Shown: one piece after another, positions 1-11,395 of the stretch | Layout of the letters: every line of letters begins with the position of its first letter | How positions within the stretch are numbered: the stretch's first letter is position 1 | NCBI GenBank assembly: GCA_946965045.2 | Contig: OX337229.1 | Location: 2,728,001-2,792,000 of the forward strand | Direction: 5' to 3' | Origin: Epithemia pelagica | Lineage: Eukaryota; Protista; Bacillariophyta | Length of the DNA: 64,000 nucleotides | Translations under genes and position numbers: made by a program | The notes under the pieces: model-generated | Told to the model about the DNA's origin: nothing | The model's database searches: none | The model's input: only the letters and a program-made list of their open reading frames with translations

Positions 1-47
1 ATGGATTATCATACATCCACTCCCTTGGTATCCCCAGTGATGATGAC

Positions 48-2093
48 ATGGACACATTACCCCAAATCATCTTCACGTCACCTGACATCTGGGATCCTGG
101 TGTTTTAGATCATTTGCATCCTGCCTCATCACCTGACAGTGCTTCTAACTGGCAACAAGTCAACACTGATGGTAGTATGACGCATCACCCATATGACAAT
201 GACAATTATGGGGAGTACACTGATCGTGATGTCTGTAACCTCACTCACCTTTTGGATTTACCTTACGATCATGGACCTGATACACCTTCCTTCTCCTTAC
301 CCCTTATTGGAGACTCTTGTTCCAAACTGTACCATCAAGATCACAACATGAGGACTGAGAAGCGTTATCCTACCGTTAAGAAGATGCCTTACGTCATCAT
401 AAACGTTTCTGGTCATCTTCCTCTTCAGATCCTCAATGGTCGCCCTCCCAATTTTTCCCAACCCCTTTTCTTCCTTCTCTGCGACAAGGTCTTCTTCTGT
501 ACCGAATCTTATGCACCCTATCTTTGTCCGGATGCCTCTTCAGGGGAGGAGTCACTTCCAAATAAACCCAATGACAAGCAAGCTGACACCGTTTTCATTT
601 GTAGCAAAGGTGAAGATCCATCCGCACAAATGCCTACGATCAAGAACTGCGACAAAATTTTTGGACAAGCGTTTCCTTACAAACCAGCAGAGGGAAATGG
701 GGAGCAACAAGAAGCATGTATAATCCAACACGTCAATTTAGAACAAGACGCTTTCAAGCAAGAAGCATGTATCAAGAAGTACATTTTCTGCAAACACAAT
801 TCCAATATTGACAAGAAGGTGATCTCATGCAGTCAACTTGTGGAATACAATGGACAGGACAACCAGGAACAGGCAACTGAAAAGGTTGTTTTCCAATTCA
901 GAGATGTTGTCATACATCAAGGACCTTCGAGCAGTAACAACAACCCTGACTACAAAGGAAGTCGCTGGAATGAACTTGTTGATTGGGAGACTGGGGAGAT
1001 GATCTTTGAGCCTCCAACACCCACCATAACCATTGTCTATGGCAAGAAACATGACCTACTGAATGAACTTGGATGGAAGCATTTCAAGCATTTTGTCAAG
1101 ATCAGTGAATGCCTCATTCAAGCTGCTAAACAGCAGTCAAGAATCAAGCAACTCAGTCTTTTTGTCAAGTACAAGTTTGGTTACCCACACGTTCCACAGA
1201 CACACAAAGAAGCAATTGTTTTAGACAGGCAACATGGCAAAAACAAGTGGCAATACACTACCAATTTTGGACCCTCACAGATTCAATCACTAAAGACATT
1301 GAAGGATCATGATCAAGTTCAAGTCCATCTTGGGAAAATGTTAGATGCACAAGAAGAGTATCAGAACAAGATTCAAGTCTATCGTGTGAAACATGATGAT
1401 AGATGCAAGGCACTTCTCGTCACGTGTGAACATTTTACCAAAGAACCAGTTGAGGCAATCTGTCCATGTGCTATTTCCTTTTGCAACTTCCATACTACCA
1501 TCTACCTTGGGCCTCTCAATGATATGGATATATGGAGAGCATACATTGGAAATGCATGCAACCTGAAAGCTTTAGCTGGGGAAAAGACCTTGATAGTCGC
1601 AAGACAAGAACTCAAGGAATTATGTCACACCTTGGTTACCTACTACAAGACCTCAAATGGATTCGATTCTTCAGGAGAACGTCAACATGACTGTTTATTT
1701 GATGTCTTTCTTGATATGGATTTGTCACCAAGTAAAGCAATTCCCAATGTTTGGATGAAGAAAGCACCCGGGGAGAAGAGCTCTGAAGGTATCTGCAACA
1801 ACTTTACACTCAAGAATGATGGATTTATTATCAACTGCCTCAGACATTTTTATACACCAATCCAGAAGATGTTCTCGGCAAACATTGGAAATTCTCCACA
1901 TGCTAGACGATGTTCAAGACCTTCTTCTTCTTCTGGAATGGAAACAATCACAAGAATGAAAAAGGAAAATAACAATCCTCACTCGACGAATTGTGGGGAG
2001 TGGCAGAATTCTCACCAACAACTAGGTTGTGGTGGAATCTACAACTCATCGACTGATGCTAGTATTTTATGGCATCCGATGACATTTTCGTAA
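48..2093 (+). pseudogene. Degenerate Ty1/copia (CoDi-like) pol remnant (RT/RNaseH region, heavily decayed)
   Basis: Fragments resemble diatom copia pol: KYKFGYPHVPQTHKEAIVLDRQHGKNKWQ (cf. KYKFG..VP..V.EA..LD..NGN..W), YLGPLNDMDIWRAYIGNA (cf. LN.L..W..DIGNAY), DMDLSPSKAIPNVWMK. The catalytic YVDD is lost. A purine tract TGGGGAG at ~1994-2000 followed by TG may be the PPT and 3' LTR start. Confidence 0.7.
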
Positions 2094-2706
2094 AAGTGAG
2101 AAAAGAATGACGGCATGCTCGCAGACCTTTTAATTTCGGCCAAGGCATGCTCGCAATGCACGCGTTATGAGCGACCGATCGGATATTAATTACGGCCCAA
2201 CACGTGCGCGCCCATTATTCTCAAGCGCGCGCAATCAATATCCGAGTACGCACCTCCACGACTTAGCCCAACGGCCTAAGTAACCGAAGCACGAATCACG
2301 ATCACGCGAGACCATATCTCTATTCCCACAAATCAAAGAATGCAAACAGCAACGCGCCAAGGAAACTACCTATATCATGACAAAGCAAGAGCTGTTGGCA
2401 TTGGTATATGATATACAAGTGCATATACTTCCAATACACAATATCCATGTCTACTCCAACCATACCAGTCCTGTCAGCGCCATGAATATATCAGTCATGC
2501 ACCCTGACCAGACCTGCACACCCACACACACACCGTAGTCCTAAAGCTCACAATCATTAACATTACCATATCATCACGTCTTCAGTGTCCTGACTATCCC
2601 TACGATAGAACCCTTGGGTTTCCTTTGTTCTCTGACCCGTGGAGAACTTTGGTATCAGTTGGTAATCGATTGTGGCTCTTCTAGAGCGTGTACTGATGAA
2701 TCTCTA

Positions 2707-2907
2707 CTAGCCCTTGGACGGCATACCCTTACCCTTGGACGGCATACCCTTGCCCTTGGACTCCATGCCCTTACCGTAGTAATCATCGTCGTAGTCCTTC
2801 TTGCCACCTTCCTTCTTTCCGTAGTCGTAGTCATCGTCTTTCTTGCCACCGGCCTGGGCCGCAGAGAAGGTGGCAAAGACGGAAAGAACAGCGAGAGAAA
2901 ACTTCAT
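2707..2907 (-). CDS. 66-aa secreted peptide: signal peptide + Asp/Tyr-rich and Lys/Gly-rich (SKGKGMP) repeats
   Basis: ATG start, signal-like MKFSLAVLSVFATFSAAQA, codons mostly ending in C/G, double TAG TAG stop. Mature part GGKKDDDYDYGKKEGGKKDYDDDYYGKGMESKGKGMPSKGKGMPSKG. Confidence 0.75.
   Translation of the reverse strand: MKFSLAVLSVFATFSAAQAGGKKDDDYDYGKKEGGKKDYDDDYYGKGMESKGKGMPSKGKGMPSKG
2711..2772. repeat. Three copies of a 21-bp coding tandem repeat (CCCTTGGACGGCATACCCTTR)
   Basis: Copies start at 2711, 2732 and 2753 (third copy diverged). On the minus strand they encode KGM(P/E)SKG. Confidence 0.9.
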
Positions 2908-4663
2908 GGTGTTGCTTTGGAGGTTGTGTTTCGACGAGGAGTTGCTTCTGGAGCCAACTGCGAATTATGACCACATGTAGAAGGGGAATGAACCACAGAA
3001 CTGGATGGCAGGGTATCCAGGTCTTTCCGCAAAATTTGGTGAGCTTTGCACTGGATCTTGTCCATTGGGAACTTTGAATAGAAGATCCTCATCCGTTGCG
3101 TATCGCTTTGTACAATCCCTGCCAGCAGTCCTTGAGAACTTTGACTGACAGATGCGTCGTAAAAGATTCGACACGAGACCTGCCGTATCTTGTGGTCGAG
3201 TGGACAGCAGCGGCAGTCGACAAATTGTTTGTCTCAAGTGCACGAATCTATGTCAACCCGTGTGAGCCAGCTGGACCAGTCCACGTTGTACGTACAAGAT
3301 CTGCTTCCCAACATGCTGCACCAGACCAAAAAATTGGACAGAAATGACCTTGTCTAACTACTTTGTCCGTTGCACGGCGAGTTGAAAGTTTGTATTTCGT
3401 TTGTCAGACTCAAACTTGTTGGACAAAGATTCATCGTACTGCCCCGAGAGGCACAGTAGGGGAGATCCATAGTAGCATCGTTGTGGTGAAATATGCGGCA
3501 GTGCCAGTTGCGAATGATCCGTTACCATGAGGATGTACTATTTTTGGTGAATTGGCTTCTTGCCGACGCGTGCTACAACACTCCCACATGGCGGAGTTGC
3601 AAGATGCAACTGAGGTGACACAACCGCGGTCGTCGTGGTATGATGGTTTTGTAGGCATGTCGGCCTTGTTGGACAAAGATTCAAAAGACACTACACCGAA
3701 AAATTGGAGGGTACACTGTACACTGTCTGGTCCGGATGAATCTTCTCTTTCATTGGTGTTCACCAAAAAACGGGTTGAACTTTGGTTTCATTTCGTCGAC
3801 TCGAAGGGAGAATTTCTGGTTGGGGTGTGCTTACAAGTAGCTCTTTGATGAATCTCAGAAGATTCACGGAACAACAAAGCAATTACAAAGCGACCAAAGA
3901 GAGACCGCACACGACAGTTCACAGTTCACGCCGAATGGATAGAAAAAAGATGGTCGCTGCTTGGCTTTGTTGATTCCCCTCCACAAACACAAGTCCAAAC
4001 AGCAACGCTTCGTAATCCCAAACCTCGACCTTCGTTCAGAGGCTGTCGAAGTCAGACCTTATTAAGAATAAATCTTGATATGTTCTGGCGCACTCGCCAG
4101 GAGACTCCAAATAAGGATATTCTAGTTGGAGTGGATTTCCTTTACCCTTGAGAATCTTGCCCTTTATGCAAGTCCTCCGGTGTGGCTTCAACAACTGCAC
4201 GGCAAGATAAAAATAGAAAACCTCTCGGCTTGACTTGACCTGCATTGCTCCCGCTTATCAAGACATAGCCGTGGAGATGAAAATTTTCAAAACCCACTTT
4301 TGTCATGGAAGCTCATTTGTTGTACCACACACGGCTGATACATTGTTCACAGCAAGCCACAGTCGGATGCCCTTTTGTCAAATCACTTTGCGGTCACAGT
4401 CACCTCCAACAAGCTGAATGCTTTGCATCCCGGCAAGCAACCATTGAAAGAAAACAAGCGCTGATGGGTTCTGATTCATGATACTCGAATTGAAGCGCAC
4501 AGTCCAAGTTTTATAATTTCTGGTGATATCGTTTCGGAGATTACCTCTTTTCAGCAATGTGATCCTGTTGAGACATGCATGTCATGGTCAAGGGTCACAG
4601 ATCGGACCTTGCCCTCGCCGGCGTGTGCCATGCACGGTTTGAAGCGCGAAAGGCATGTTGTGT

Positions 4664-4822
4664 TGTCTTGTTCCAGTCGATACCTTATTCAACGTGCAAA
4701 TTAAAAGATATTATAAGGCTAAACCACTAATGTAAGGATCCCCAAAATAGTAACCATGTAAACGGTAAAACCCCCAAAGATTTCCCATATCCGGGTTTTG
4801 TTCCCACGACCCGAATAAGACA
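4664..4822 (-). repeat. 3' LTR of copia element 1
   Basis: Direct repeat of 10963-11121; TG...CA termini. Confidence 0.97.
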
Positions 4823-4853
4823 GTCCCCGCAAAGTGTAGCTCACCCCGAGAAT

Positions 4854-7800
4854 TCACTTTGTTGTCCCCCGCGGTTGTGAGGGAGGTCCCCGGTCCCCAA
4901 ATGCCGATGAATATGTGAACTGTGAGATCAAGTTATTTCTTCGACTCTGGGGAAGCATCTTGGTAAACAAGTCAGCAATGTTGGTCTCCGTGTCTTCCTT
5001 GCCGACTCTGACGATTCCTGCGGCTGCCGCTTCACGGACCGAATGATAGTTGATGGCGTTGTGTCGCTTGCTCAGGATGGATGAAGGTATGCTGGTATTT
5101 TTGACAACGCCTCGATTGTCACAGAGAATATTGGCCGGACCGACAACCGGAACACCGAACATTCGCAACTTATACCGCATCCCAACAATCAACTCTTTGG
5201 CGATTCTCATCGCCACGAATTCGCTCCCGAAACTGGATGTTTCCACGGTATTTTGGCGTTTTGAGAACCAAAGGATCGGAGCGTTCTGCAAGAACACCAA
5301 TATGCCTGTGTGGGATCGACGCGTGACGACATTCCCAGCATGATCTGCGTCCACGAAGCACGTGATTTCCACCGGATTCCCAAGTGGTGTCGGCATGTCT
5401 GCTGGTACTTCTTCCGCTACGTCCCCGTAAAACTCTTTCCACTCTTCGATCGGTGTCTGCGCGAAACAACTCTCGTCTAGCTTCACTGTGACAGGGTCGA
5501 ATACCATCTTGAGCTTCGGGTGAGATTTGAGGAATGAATACACGCAATACACAGCTTCAAGATGTCCCTTCCGCGGATTTGCTAGATACTGTGACATGAT
5601 CGAAACTTCCAAGTAGATATCCACGCGGCCAATCTCGACCGCCCATCTCAACACACCAATCAGCTGTTGGTACCGAGCTCTCATCTTATCATCCAGCTCC
5701 TCAGAAGTATCAAGCTCGGGCTTGTACGAAGTTTCGATTGGTACCCGCGCAGTTGTTTTGAGATGTTTTCCGTCCCCGTCTTCCAGCAACAATTGCTCCA
5801 CCACTTTGATCGCGTTATTTACGTACTTCTCGCTGGACATACCCCATGCCGTTCCCCCTGTGGGCAGGTTGTGTTGGTACACCTGCGCCCCCAGGTACGT
5901 GGTCGGTGGTCCGATACTCCCTTTCTTTATCTTGTAATGGCGGTCTATCTCCTCAAACACTGGTTCAGGCTTGTGACTGACAAGCAAGATGTCATCAACG
6001 TAAACTAAAATCAGCTCATAGTACGGTTCCCCATTGTCACGCTTTCGTTCCCGTCGTAGGACACATGGATCCGCCTTGGTATCAACATATCCCATGTCAT
6101 AGAGGGTGCTCACCAGCGTCGCTCGCCAACTGGCTCCCGAGGATTTTAGCCCGTAAAGCGCTCTTGTCATCACGCACACCTTCCCTTGAAACTCTGAACC
6201 CACTTCCGCTCCACCTAGGAACCAAATCTTCTCGCGACATGGCGCATTAAGGTAGGCATTTCCAATGTCACAAGCCAGTACGTCTAGGTCATTCAAGGCT
6301 GCAATTAGAAACGCTATCCGAATTGAATCGCGACTCACAACGCTCGAATAAGTAAGACTTGATGGGGCATCTGTCATGTGCCCACCAGCCACCAATCTGG
6401 CTTTTCTCGTCAGGTCCATCTTCACATCGAAAACCATGTGGCACTTGATTTCCGTGTACCCTATTAGCTGTCGCCCTGCTCGCACCTCCGCAAGCACGAG
6501 ATCGTCGCGAGCCTCCCAGGCCACCTTCACGACTCCTAGTTCCTTCGCGATCGCGTCCCGCCAGAACGTCGTCCCCGTCTCTTTGTCAAACTGTAACGCC
6601 TCTTCCACGGAATGTGGCAGTCGCACCCCATACTTGTGTGTCAGTTTCCAATACTTTTTCTGCTTCTTCTTTTTCCCAACAACCTTGTTTATGATCCTTC
6701 GCTTGTGATTCATGACACGTGGCACCCACCAGTGGAATGCCGGTTCCTGCTCTAACCCTTGTGCGACTATATATTCTGCTAACTCTATGGGATATCCGTC
6801 CTTTGCTTCCCGAAGCGGTATCCATGACTGACTCCCATCCTTCCATTCAATCGCAATTTCCCACCCTTTCGTCGTTCTTCTTGGTACCTTGTTCCCATTC
6901 TTGGACACTATGAAACCGTCGTCCTTCCCAACGGCGTCCCCGTTTTTCCTGTGCCCAATGATCTCGCTCATGATTGCGAACTGTCGACCTTGATCATCCA
7001 GCTGCGAATACAGCGACTCCGCAATGACATTGGCGGTGTATTCCTGGATGACACCTCCAGGGAAACTCACATCGTAAGCTCTACTGTCAAAGAGTGGATT
7101 CTTGTGCCTCGTTCCGATTGGTTTGCCATCTAACCCTTTCTTCCTCTTCACTACCGTCCCGAGCAACGTTTCACCGCCAACGTCTAACTGGATTTGCGCC
7201 CCCAAGTAGTTGTCATACTCCTCGCCAAGGTCGTCTGCTTCTGGCTTCGGTTCCTGGATCATCTTCCCGTATTCTTCATCCGTCGGAATTACACCTTTTA
7301 CTTGAGTGTCGTCCTCGACCGGTTCCTCTACGTCCTCCAAAAATCCTGGTCCCTTGCTCTCCCAATCCACAAAATTCGTATCGTCGAGGCGCTGCTCAAC
7401 AATCAACCGGAACTCTTGAATCTTTGCCGTGATGGCTGGTTCCGCCTGTTCCTGCTCCGTCACATGTTGCACAGTTGTCCTTGCCAACACTTTTCCTGCT
7501 TTAGTGAGAATCCAATAACAAAGGTCGCTGCCAATTCGATGCGCTATCCCCAGCCAGAACCCAAGATGACGATGTTCATCCGACGTATCGGCTTTGGTGT
7601 TGTCATGATACCAGACAATATCGAAAAACTGGAAATCGATCCACTCCGAGATGTCGGGTGTCTCGCCTGTAAGTCGTTCTATGCCGCTACGGCTGTCATG
7701 TCCCCGGGCGACGCGACTAAGTACACCCGACTCATGAACCAACCCATAATCCCACAGACGACGAGGAACCCGACAATCAACCATGCGGCGATGCCATCGT

Positions 7801-9008
7801 TGTTTGAGGAGCCCGATCTCTCGCTCGGCACGATGGCTCTGCTTACTCGTGCCCTTCTCGGCCCATTTGAGGTCAATTCGATGGAAACGGCTTAATTTCG
7901 TGAACTGCGTGGCGGCCCCGGTTTGCTCGCCGGCCAAATCCGCCGTCAGACCATCCGGAACCCCAACTTCATCAATAAAACGGGCCAATGCCTGGCCAAC
8001 ATGTGCCTTGGAAGCGAGTGGGTAAACGGCCGTGTACTGTCCGTCCGTGAATACTTGCGCACATTTGTGTCCCGAAAGTGATGTCGTCCGAGCGAAAAGC
8101 GTATCCGTATAGAACCGACTATTCAATCTATTCCGATGCAATGCCAAGTTGTCAACACGATATCGTCGCGTTATAGGCGTGACAGCTGTCCGGATACCCT
8201 GTTGGGTGGTGACGCGGAGGGTTTTCCGCGCGGTTTCCAACCCAATCTTCCATTTCTTGCTGAGATTCTCCGGTGAAACGGTCGAGTGACGGTCCGAGCC
8301 GAGACCGCCGACCGATCTGAGACTGTCGAGTCGCTGCCCCACGGCCACAGGATCGCATGCGCTAGAGACCGCGCCAATTTCGAGTGAGATCTCTTCACGT
8401 GCATCATCTAGCGGGCTACGATTGTGTAAGCTCAAATCCACACTTTTTGGGTCCCATAACTCTTGACGCGTCAAAGTCACCGCAGGTAAAGTCTCAATTT
8501 CATGCTTGGTAGGCGCGCGGGACTCAAAGTAAATAGTCGTCCCCTGTATCTCGAAGGGGATATATAACCCGTCGGCCGTGATGCCAAATCCTTCGTCCTC
8601 CTTCCTTGTGGGGTCATCGCGAACCACATGCCCACAATACCGAATTTGATTTTGATTCAAGAGAGTCTTCTTTAGTGCGCTACCAAACCACAACATTTGG
8701 TGGCCGATTAAGATGTATTCTACTCCTGTACTTTTCTCTCGGATGCATGTGGCACATGTCGCTATCGGTACGTATTGACCTCCTACCTGTTGTCCCATAA
8801 AGTCACTAACCTTGCATTCCATTCCTGTTGTTTCCATGAGTGTCCAATTGACACCAGCGCAGGAGGTGTCTGCCATCGTATCCATTTCGTTGCATGCAAC
8901 ATCATTCCCATTCCCAGTGCTGATTCCCATGTTTCCTATGCTACAATCCACCGTCTTGTCAGTGGTCACCTCACGCCTGGCCCCACAAGTAACCACTGAT
9001 GCCTGGCG
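4854..9008 (-). CDS. Copia pol (protease-integrase-RT-RNaseH), in frame with gag after a single TGA
   Basis: Protease MDTMADTSCAG; integrase FYTDTLF / HRAEREIG; RT CHMVFDVKMDLTRKARLVAGGH, ACDIGNAYL, LYGLKSSGA, YVDD; RNaseH FVDADHAG, VETSSFGSEF, NIADLFTK. Confidence 0.95.
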   Translation of the reverse strand, partial: RQASVVTCGARREVTTDKTVDCSIGNMGISTGNGNDVACNEMDTMADTSCAGVNWTLMETTGMECKVSDFMGQQVGGQYVPIATCATCIREKSTGVEYILIGHQMLWFGSALKKTLLNQNQIRYCGHVVRDDPTRKEDEGFGITADGLYIPFEIQGTTIYFESRAPTKHEIETLPAVTLTRQELWDPKSVDLSLHNRSPLDDAREEISLEIGAVSSACDPVAVGQRLDSLRSVGGLGSDRHSTVSPENLSKKWKIGLETARKTLRVTTQQGIRTAVTPITRRYRVDNLALHRNRLNSRFYTDTLFARTTSLSGHKCAQVFTDGQYTAVYPLASKAHVGQALARFIDEVGVPDGLTADLAGEQTGAATQFTKLSRFHRIDLKWAEKGTSKQSHRAEREIGLLKQRWHRRMVDCRVPRRLWDYGLVHESGVLSRVARGHDSRSGIERLTGETPDISEWIDFQFFDIVWYHDNTKADTSDEHRHLGFWLGIAHRIGSDLCYWILTKAGKVLARTTVQHVTEQEQAEPAITAKIQEFRLIVEQRLDDTNFVDWESKGPGFLEDVEEPVEDDTQVKGVIPTDEEYGKMIQEPKPEADDLGEEYDNYLGAQIQLDVGGETLLGTVVKRKKGLDGKPIGTRHKNPLFDSRAYDVSFPGGVIQEYTANVIAESLYSQLDDQGRQFAIMSEIIGHRKNGDAVGKDDGFIVSKNGNKVPRRTTKGWEIAIEWKDGSQSWIPLREAKDGYPIELAEYIVAQGLEQEPAFHWWVPRVMNHKRRIINKVVGKKKKQKKYWKLTHKYGVRLPHSVEEALQFDKETGTTFWRDAIAKELGVVKVAWEARDDLVLAEVRAGRQLIGYTEIKCHMVFDVKMDLTRKARLVAGGHMTDAPSSLTYSSVVSRDSIRIAFLIAALNDLDVLACDIGNAYLNAPCREKIWFLGGAEVGSEFQGKVCVMTRALYGLKSSGASWRATLVSTLYDMGYVDTKADPCVLRRERKRDNGEPYYELILVYVDDILLVSHKPEPVFEEIDRHYKIKKGSIGPPTTYLGAQVYQHNLPTGGTAWGMSSEKYVNNAIKVVEQLLLEDGDGKHLKTTARVPIETSYKPELDTSEELDDKMRARYQQLIGVLRWAVEIGRVDIYLEVSIMSQYLANPRKGHLEAVYCVYSFLKSHPKLKMVFDPVTVKLDESCFAQTPIEEWKEFYGDVAEEVPADMPTPLGNPVEITCFVDADHAGNVVTRRSHTGILVFLQNAPILWFSKRQNTVETSSFGSEFVAMRIAKELIVGMRYKLRMFGVPVVGPANILCDNRGVVKNTSIPSSILSKRHNAINYHSVREAAAAGIVRVGKEDTETNIADLFTKMLPQSRRNNLISQFTYSSAFGDRGPPSQPRGTTK

Positions 9009-10921
9009 TCACTCATATGCGCCGGCTCCGAATCTGCGTCCGTTGGTGCTGCCACGGTCGTTGCTACCGGGATTCTCGGTTCCCGCCGCACTACCAGCGG
9101 CATGTCCATTGGTACCTCCGCCGACAGACGGGTCTGTGATGACCGATGGTGGCTCGTTATTCTCATTCACGTCGACATTGCCGATGCCGCGTCCACTGGC
9201 AGCAGAACCGCGCCCCCAATCACCACGTCCCCGCCCGTAGCCACGGCCGCGGCCACCACCACGGCCGCCACGATCACCTGAGCTGCGGAGCCGAGCTCGT
9301 TCCTGATGGATGTACGCTTGTCCGGCGGGCCCAAGAGTGGCCATCTCCTGGGAAGTGAATCGGCGGCTGACGTCCGTGACGTCAACGCCGTAGAAGGTGA
9401 AAATACCGTTGTGCTGTTGGAGACCCGCAAAATTCCGTGGACGGGAAGCGGGTGACTGTTCGCCCGTGTGTGTTTCCGAAATAAACCGGTGCCGAGTGCC
9501 AGGACGTGTGCCACTGCCTCCGATGACATTCGGGTACAGTTCCGAGACTTCACGCGAGATATAGGCGATGGCGTCATCTAAATTAGATCTGTAGTTGCTT
9601 CGCACGGTGCTTTTTATGACGGCAAACTCGGCCGTTGCAATTCGGATGTTGTCCAGCAAGATCTTGACCTGATTTGCATTCGAGCGTCGATTAGGTGTCT
9701 CTTCGAGCGTGCGGAATGCACGTAGAAGCTTGGTAGAATAAGCGTCGAAGCTAAACGCTCTCTCGTTATGATAAAATACGGAACTAAGGATAGCTTCAGC
9801 CTTGTTGATACGTTTCTCTTTCTGGCCGCCGCCATCGTAGTGTGCTACCAAGGCTAACCATGCCGCTCGACCGTTCTGGGATGCCTGGTAGGGTTGAATC
9901 CACGTTGCGGGTTGGTCGCGTACACGGTCACTAAGCAACCGGTACACTGCCTTGTTGTCTTCGTGAAAGAATGGTCCAGTCAGAGGGTAAGTGTACAATT
10001 CTTGCTCTCGGAGAGTTTGAAAGACGTGTCCAGGTTGAATTTCAGGCCTAATTACATAGTCGAGTGGGGCTTGTTGCTTCCCAATTATGTGGGACAAATA
10101 GGTAGGGAATTCGCGAGACCAATCTTCCCAGATCTCTTCCTTGAGGATTTCGGGCTTAATTTCCGGTGCCTTGTCAGTTTCTGCTTTAATTTCCATCTCG
10201 TCGAGGGCATCCGAGAGTACCACTTGGTCGAAGTCGGCAGCAGTGATGTCACGCCTTTGTCTACGGGCCTTGGAAGCCCAAAAACACAGCCCTTGAAGAT
10301 TCTTTACGACGCTTGTTGGAAGGCTTATATTGTTCGGTCCAGGGCGTTTCTCCAACCTTGAAGCTAAGGACGTGACATCATCCTTACTCATTCGTCCGAA
10401 GGCGTGTAACGAATTAAGACGTTCTATGTTTTCTAGTACTTGAATTTCGTTTGCGTTTGCCCCGCACACGGTCAATACCAGCCCGACTTGCGAAAGCGCG
10501 GGTGGTGGTCCTGCAGGCGGGTGCGGTATCGGGGGGGGGGGGGGGGTGGTGCACCACCATCGCCATCATCGCCGTGTCCACCACCACCACCGCCTCCTCC
10601 AGCGCCGCCGTCTCCTCCGTCTCCGCCGCCAGCGGGTGCACCTCCAGCGGTTTCGCCCCGTGTCGACACGCTTCTTGTTCCTCTTGTTCCACTACTTGAA
10701 CTCCCGGCTCTATTACTAGAGCCGCCAGTACTTCCACCAGTGCCACCACCACTGGGGTTCCGTTCCGTTCCTGTTTTCCTCGCGGGCATCTTTCTACTAC
10801 CCGTATCCGTACTGGCTCCCCCCGCTGGGACAGCGGTTCCCGTTCCTTGCCCTTCGGGGCTTGTTTCCGGTGGATTCTTCGTCGTAGCTCTAGTATTCGT
10901 TACCATATTCCTGTAGTTCAC
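9009..10921 (-). CDS. Copia gag (Gly-rich N-terminus), apparently frameshifted at the 16-nt G homopolymer 10531-10546
   Basis: ORFs 10472..10921 and 9009..10475 join (…PIPHPPAGPPPALSQVGLVLTVCG…) if the homopolymer length is corrected. Gag-like GRAAWLALVAHYDG, FSFDAY and an RGG-rich tail. Confidence 0.85.
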
Positions 10922-10962
10922 TTCGTTTTCTTCCTCTCAATACCGCAGTGGGTCTGATAAAC

Positions 10963-11121
10963 TGTCTTGTTCCAGTCGATACCTTATTCAACGTGCAAAT
11001 TAAAAGATATTATAAGGCTAAACCACTAATGTAAGGATCCCCAAAATAGTAACCATGTAAACGGTAAAACCCCCAAAGATTTCCCATATCCGGGTTTTGT
11101 TCCCACGACCCGAATAAGACA
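10963..11121 (-). repeat. 5' LTR of copia element 1
   Basis: Direct repeat of 4664-4822. Confidence 0.97.
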
Positions 11122-11395
11122 GTGTCGTGGGTCGTCGTGGCCTTTGTTTCTTCTCGGGAGCGTTATGGTGAGTTTACCTCTCATAAAATTGTTTATTGAT
11201 TTCAGTCGCACACGTTGAAGTGTGTTAGACGCAACGTCATCTAACATCTCGAGGCGCGATTGGTCGCAGACCAAGATCCTTTAATCACGATCTTGGGAGA
11301 AGACGACGACGAGACCACCATTGAACCGAGGATCGAGAAGATACCATAAAAATCAAACATCTACAAACTTTCTAATCACGAGATCAAGCTTGAGA

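Larger units (their letters stand above)
4664..11121 (-). mobile_element. Full-length Ty1/copia LTR retrotransposon (CoDi-type), 6458 bp, recent insertion
   Basis: Two 159-bp LTRs, identical on manual comparison, with TGTCTT...AAGACA ends. GTGT flanks both sides (4660-4663, 11122-11125). Internal order is gag, protease, integrase, RT, RNaseH. Confidence 0.97.

Noticed and set aside
2001-2600. Defined 3' LTR of the degenerate copia remnant
   Set aside because: A PPT-like tract plus TG suggests a start at 2001, but the partner LTR is outside the window, so the end cannot be fixed.
2965-4600. Several short ORFs between the peptide gene and element 1
   Set aside because: No motifs, consistent frame or splice pattern; may be degraded sequence.
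10531-10546. Frameshift within gag of element 1 as a programmed event
   Set aside because: It falls in a 16-nt G homopolymer, the classic site of sequencing or assembly length error; there is no independent evidence of recoding.
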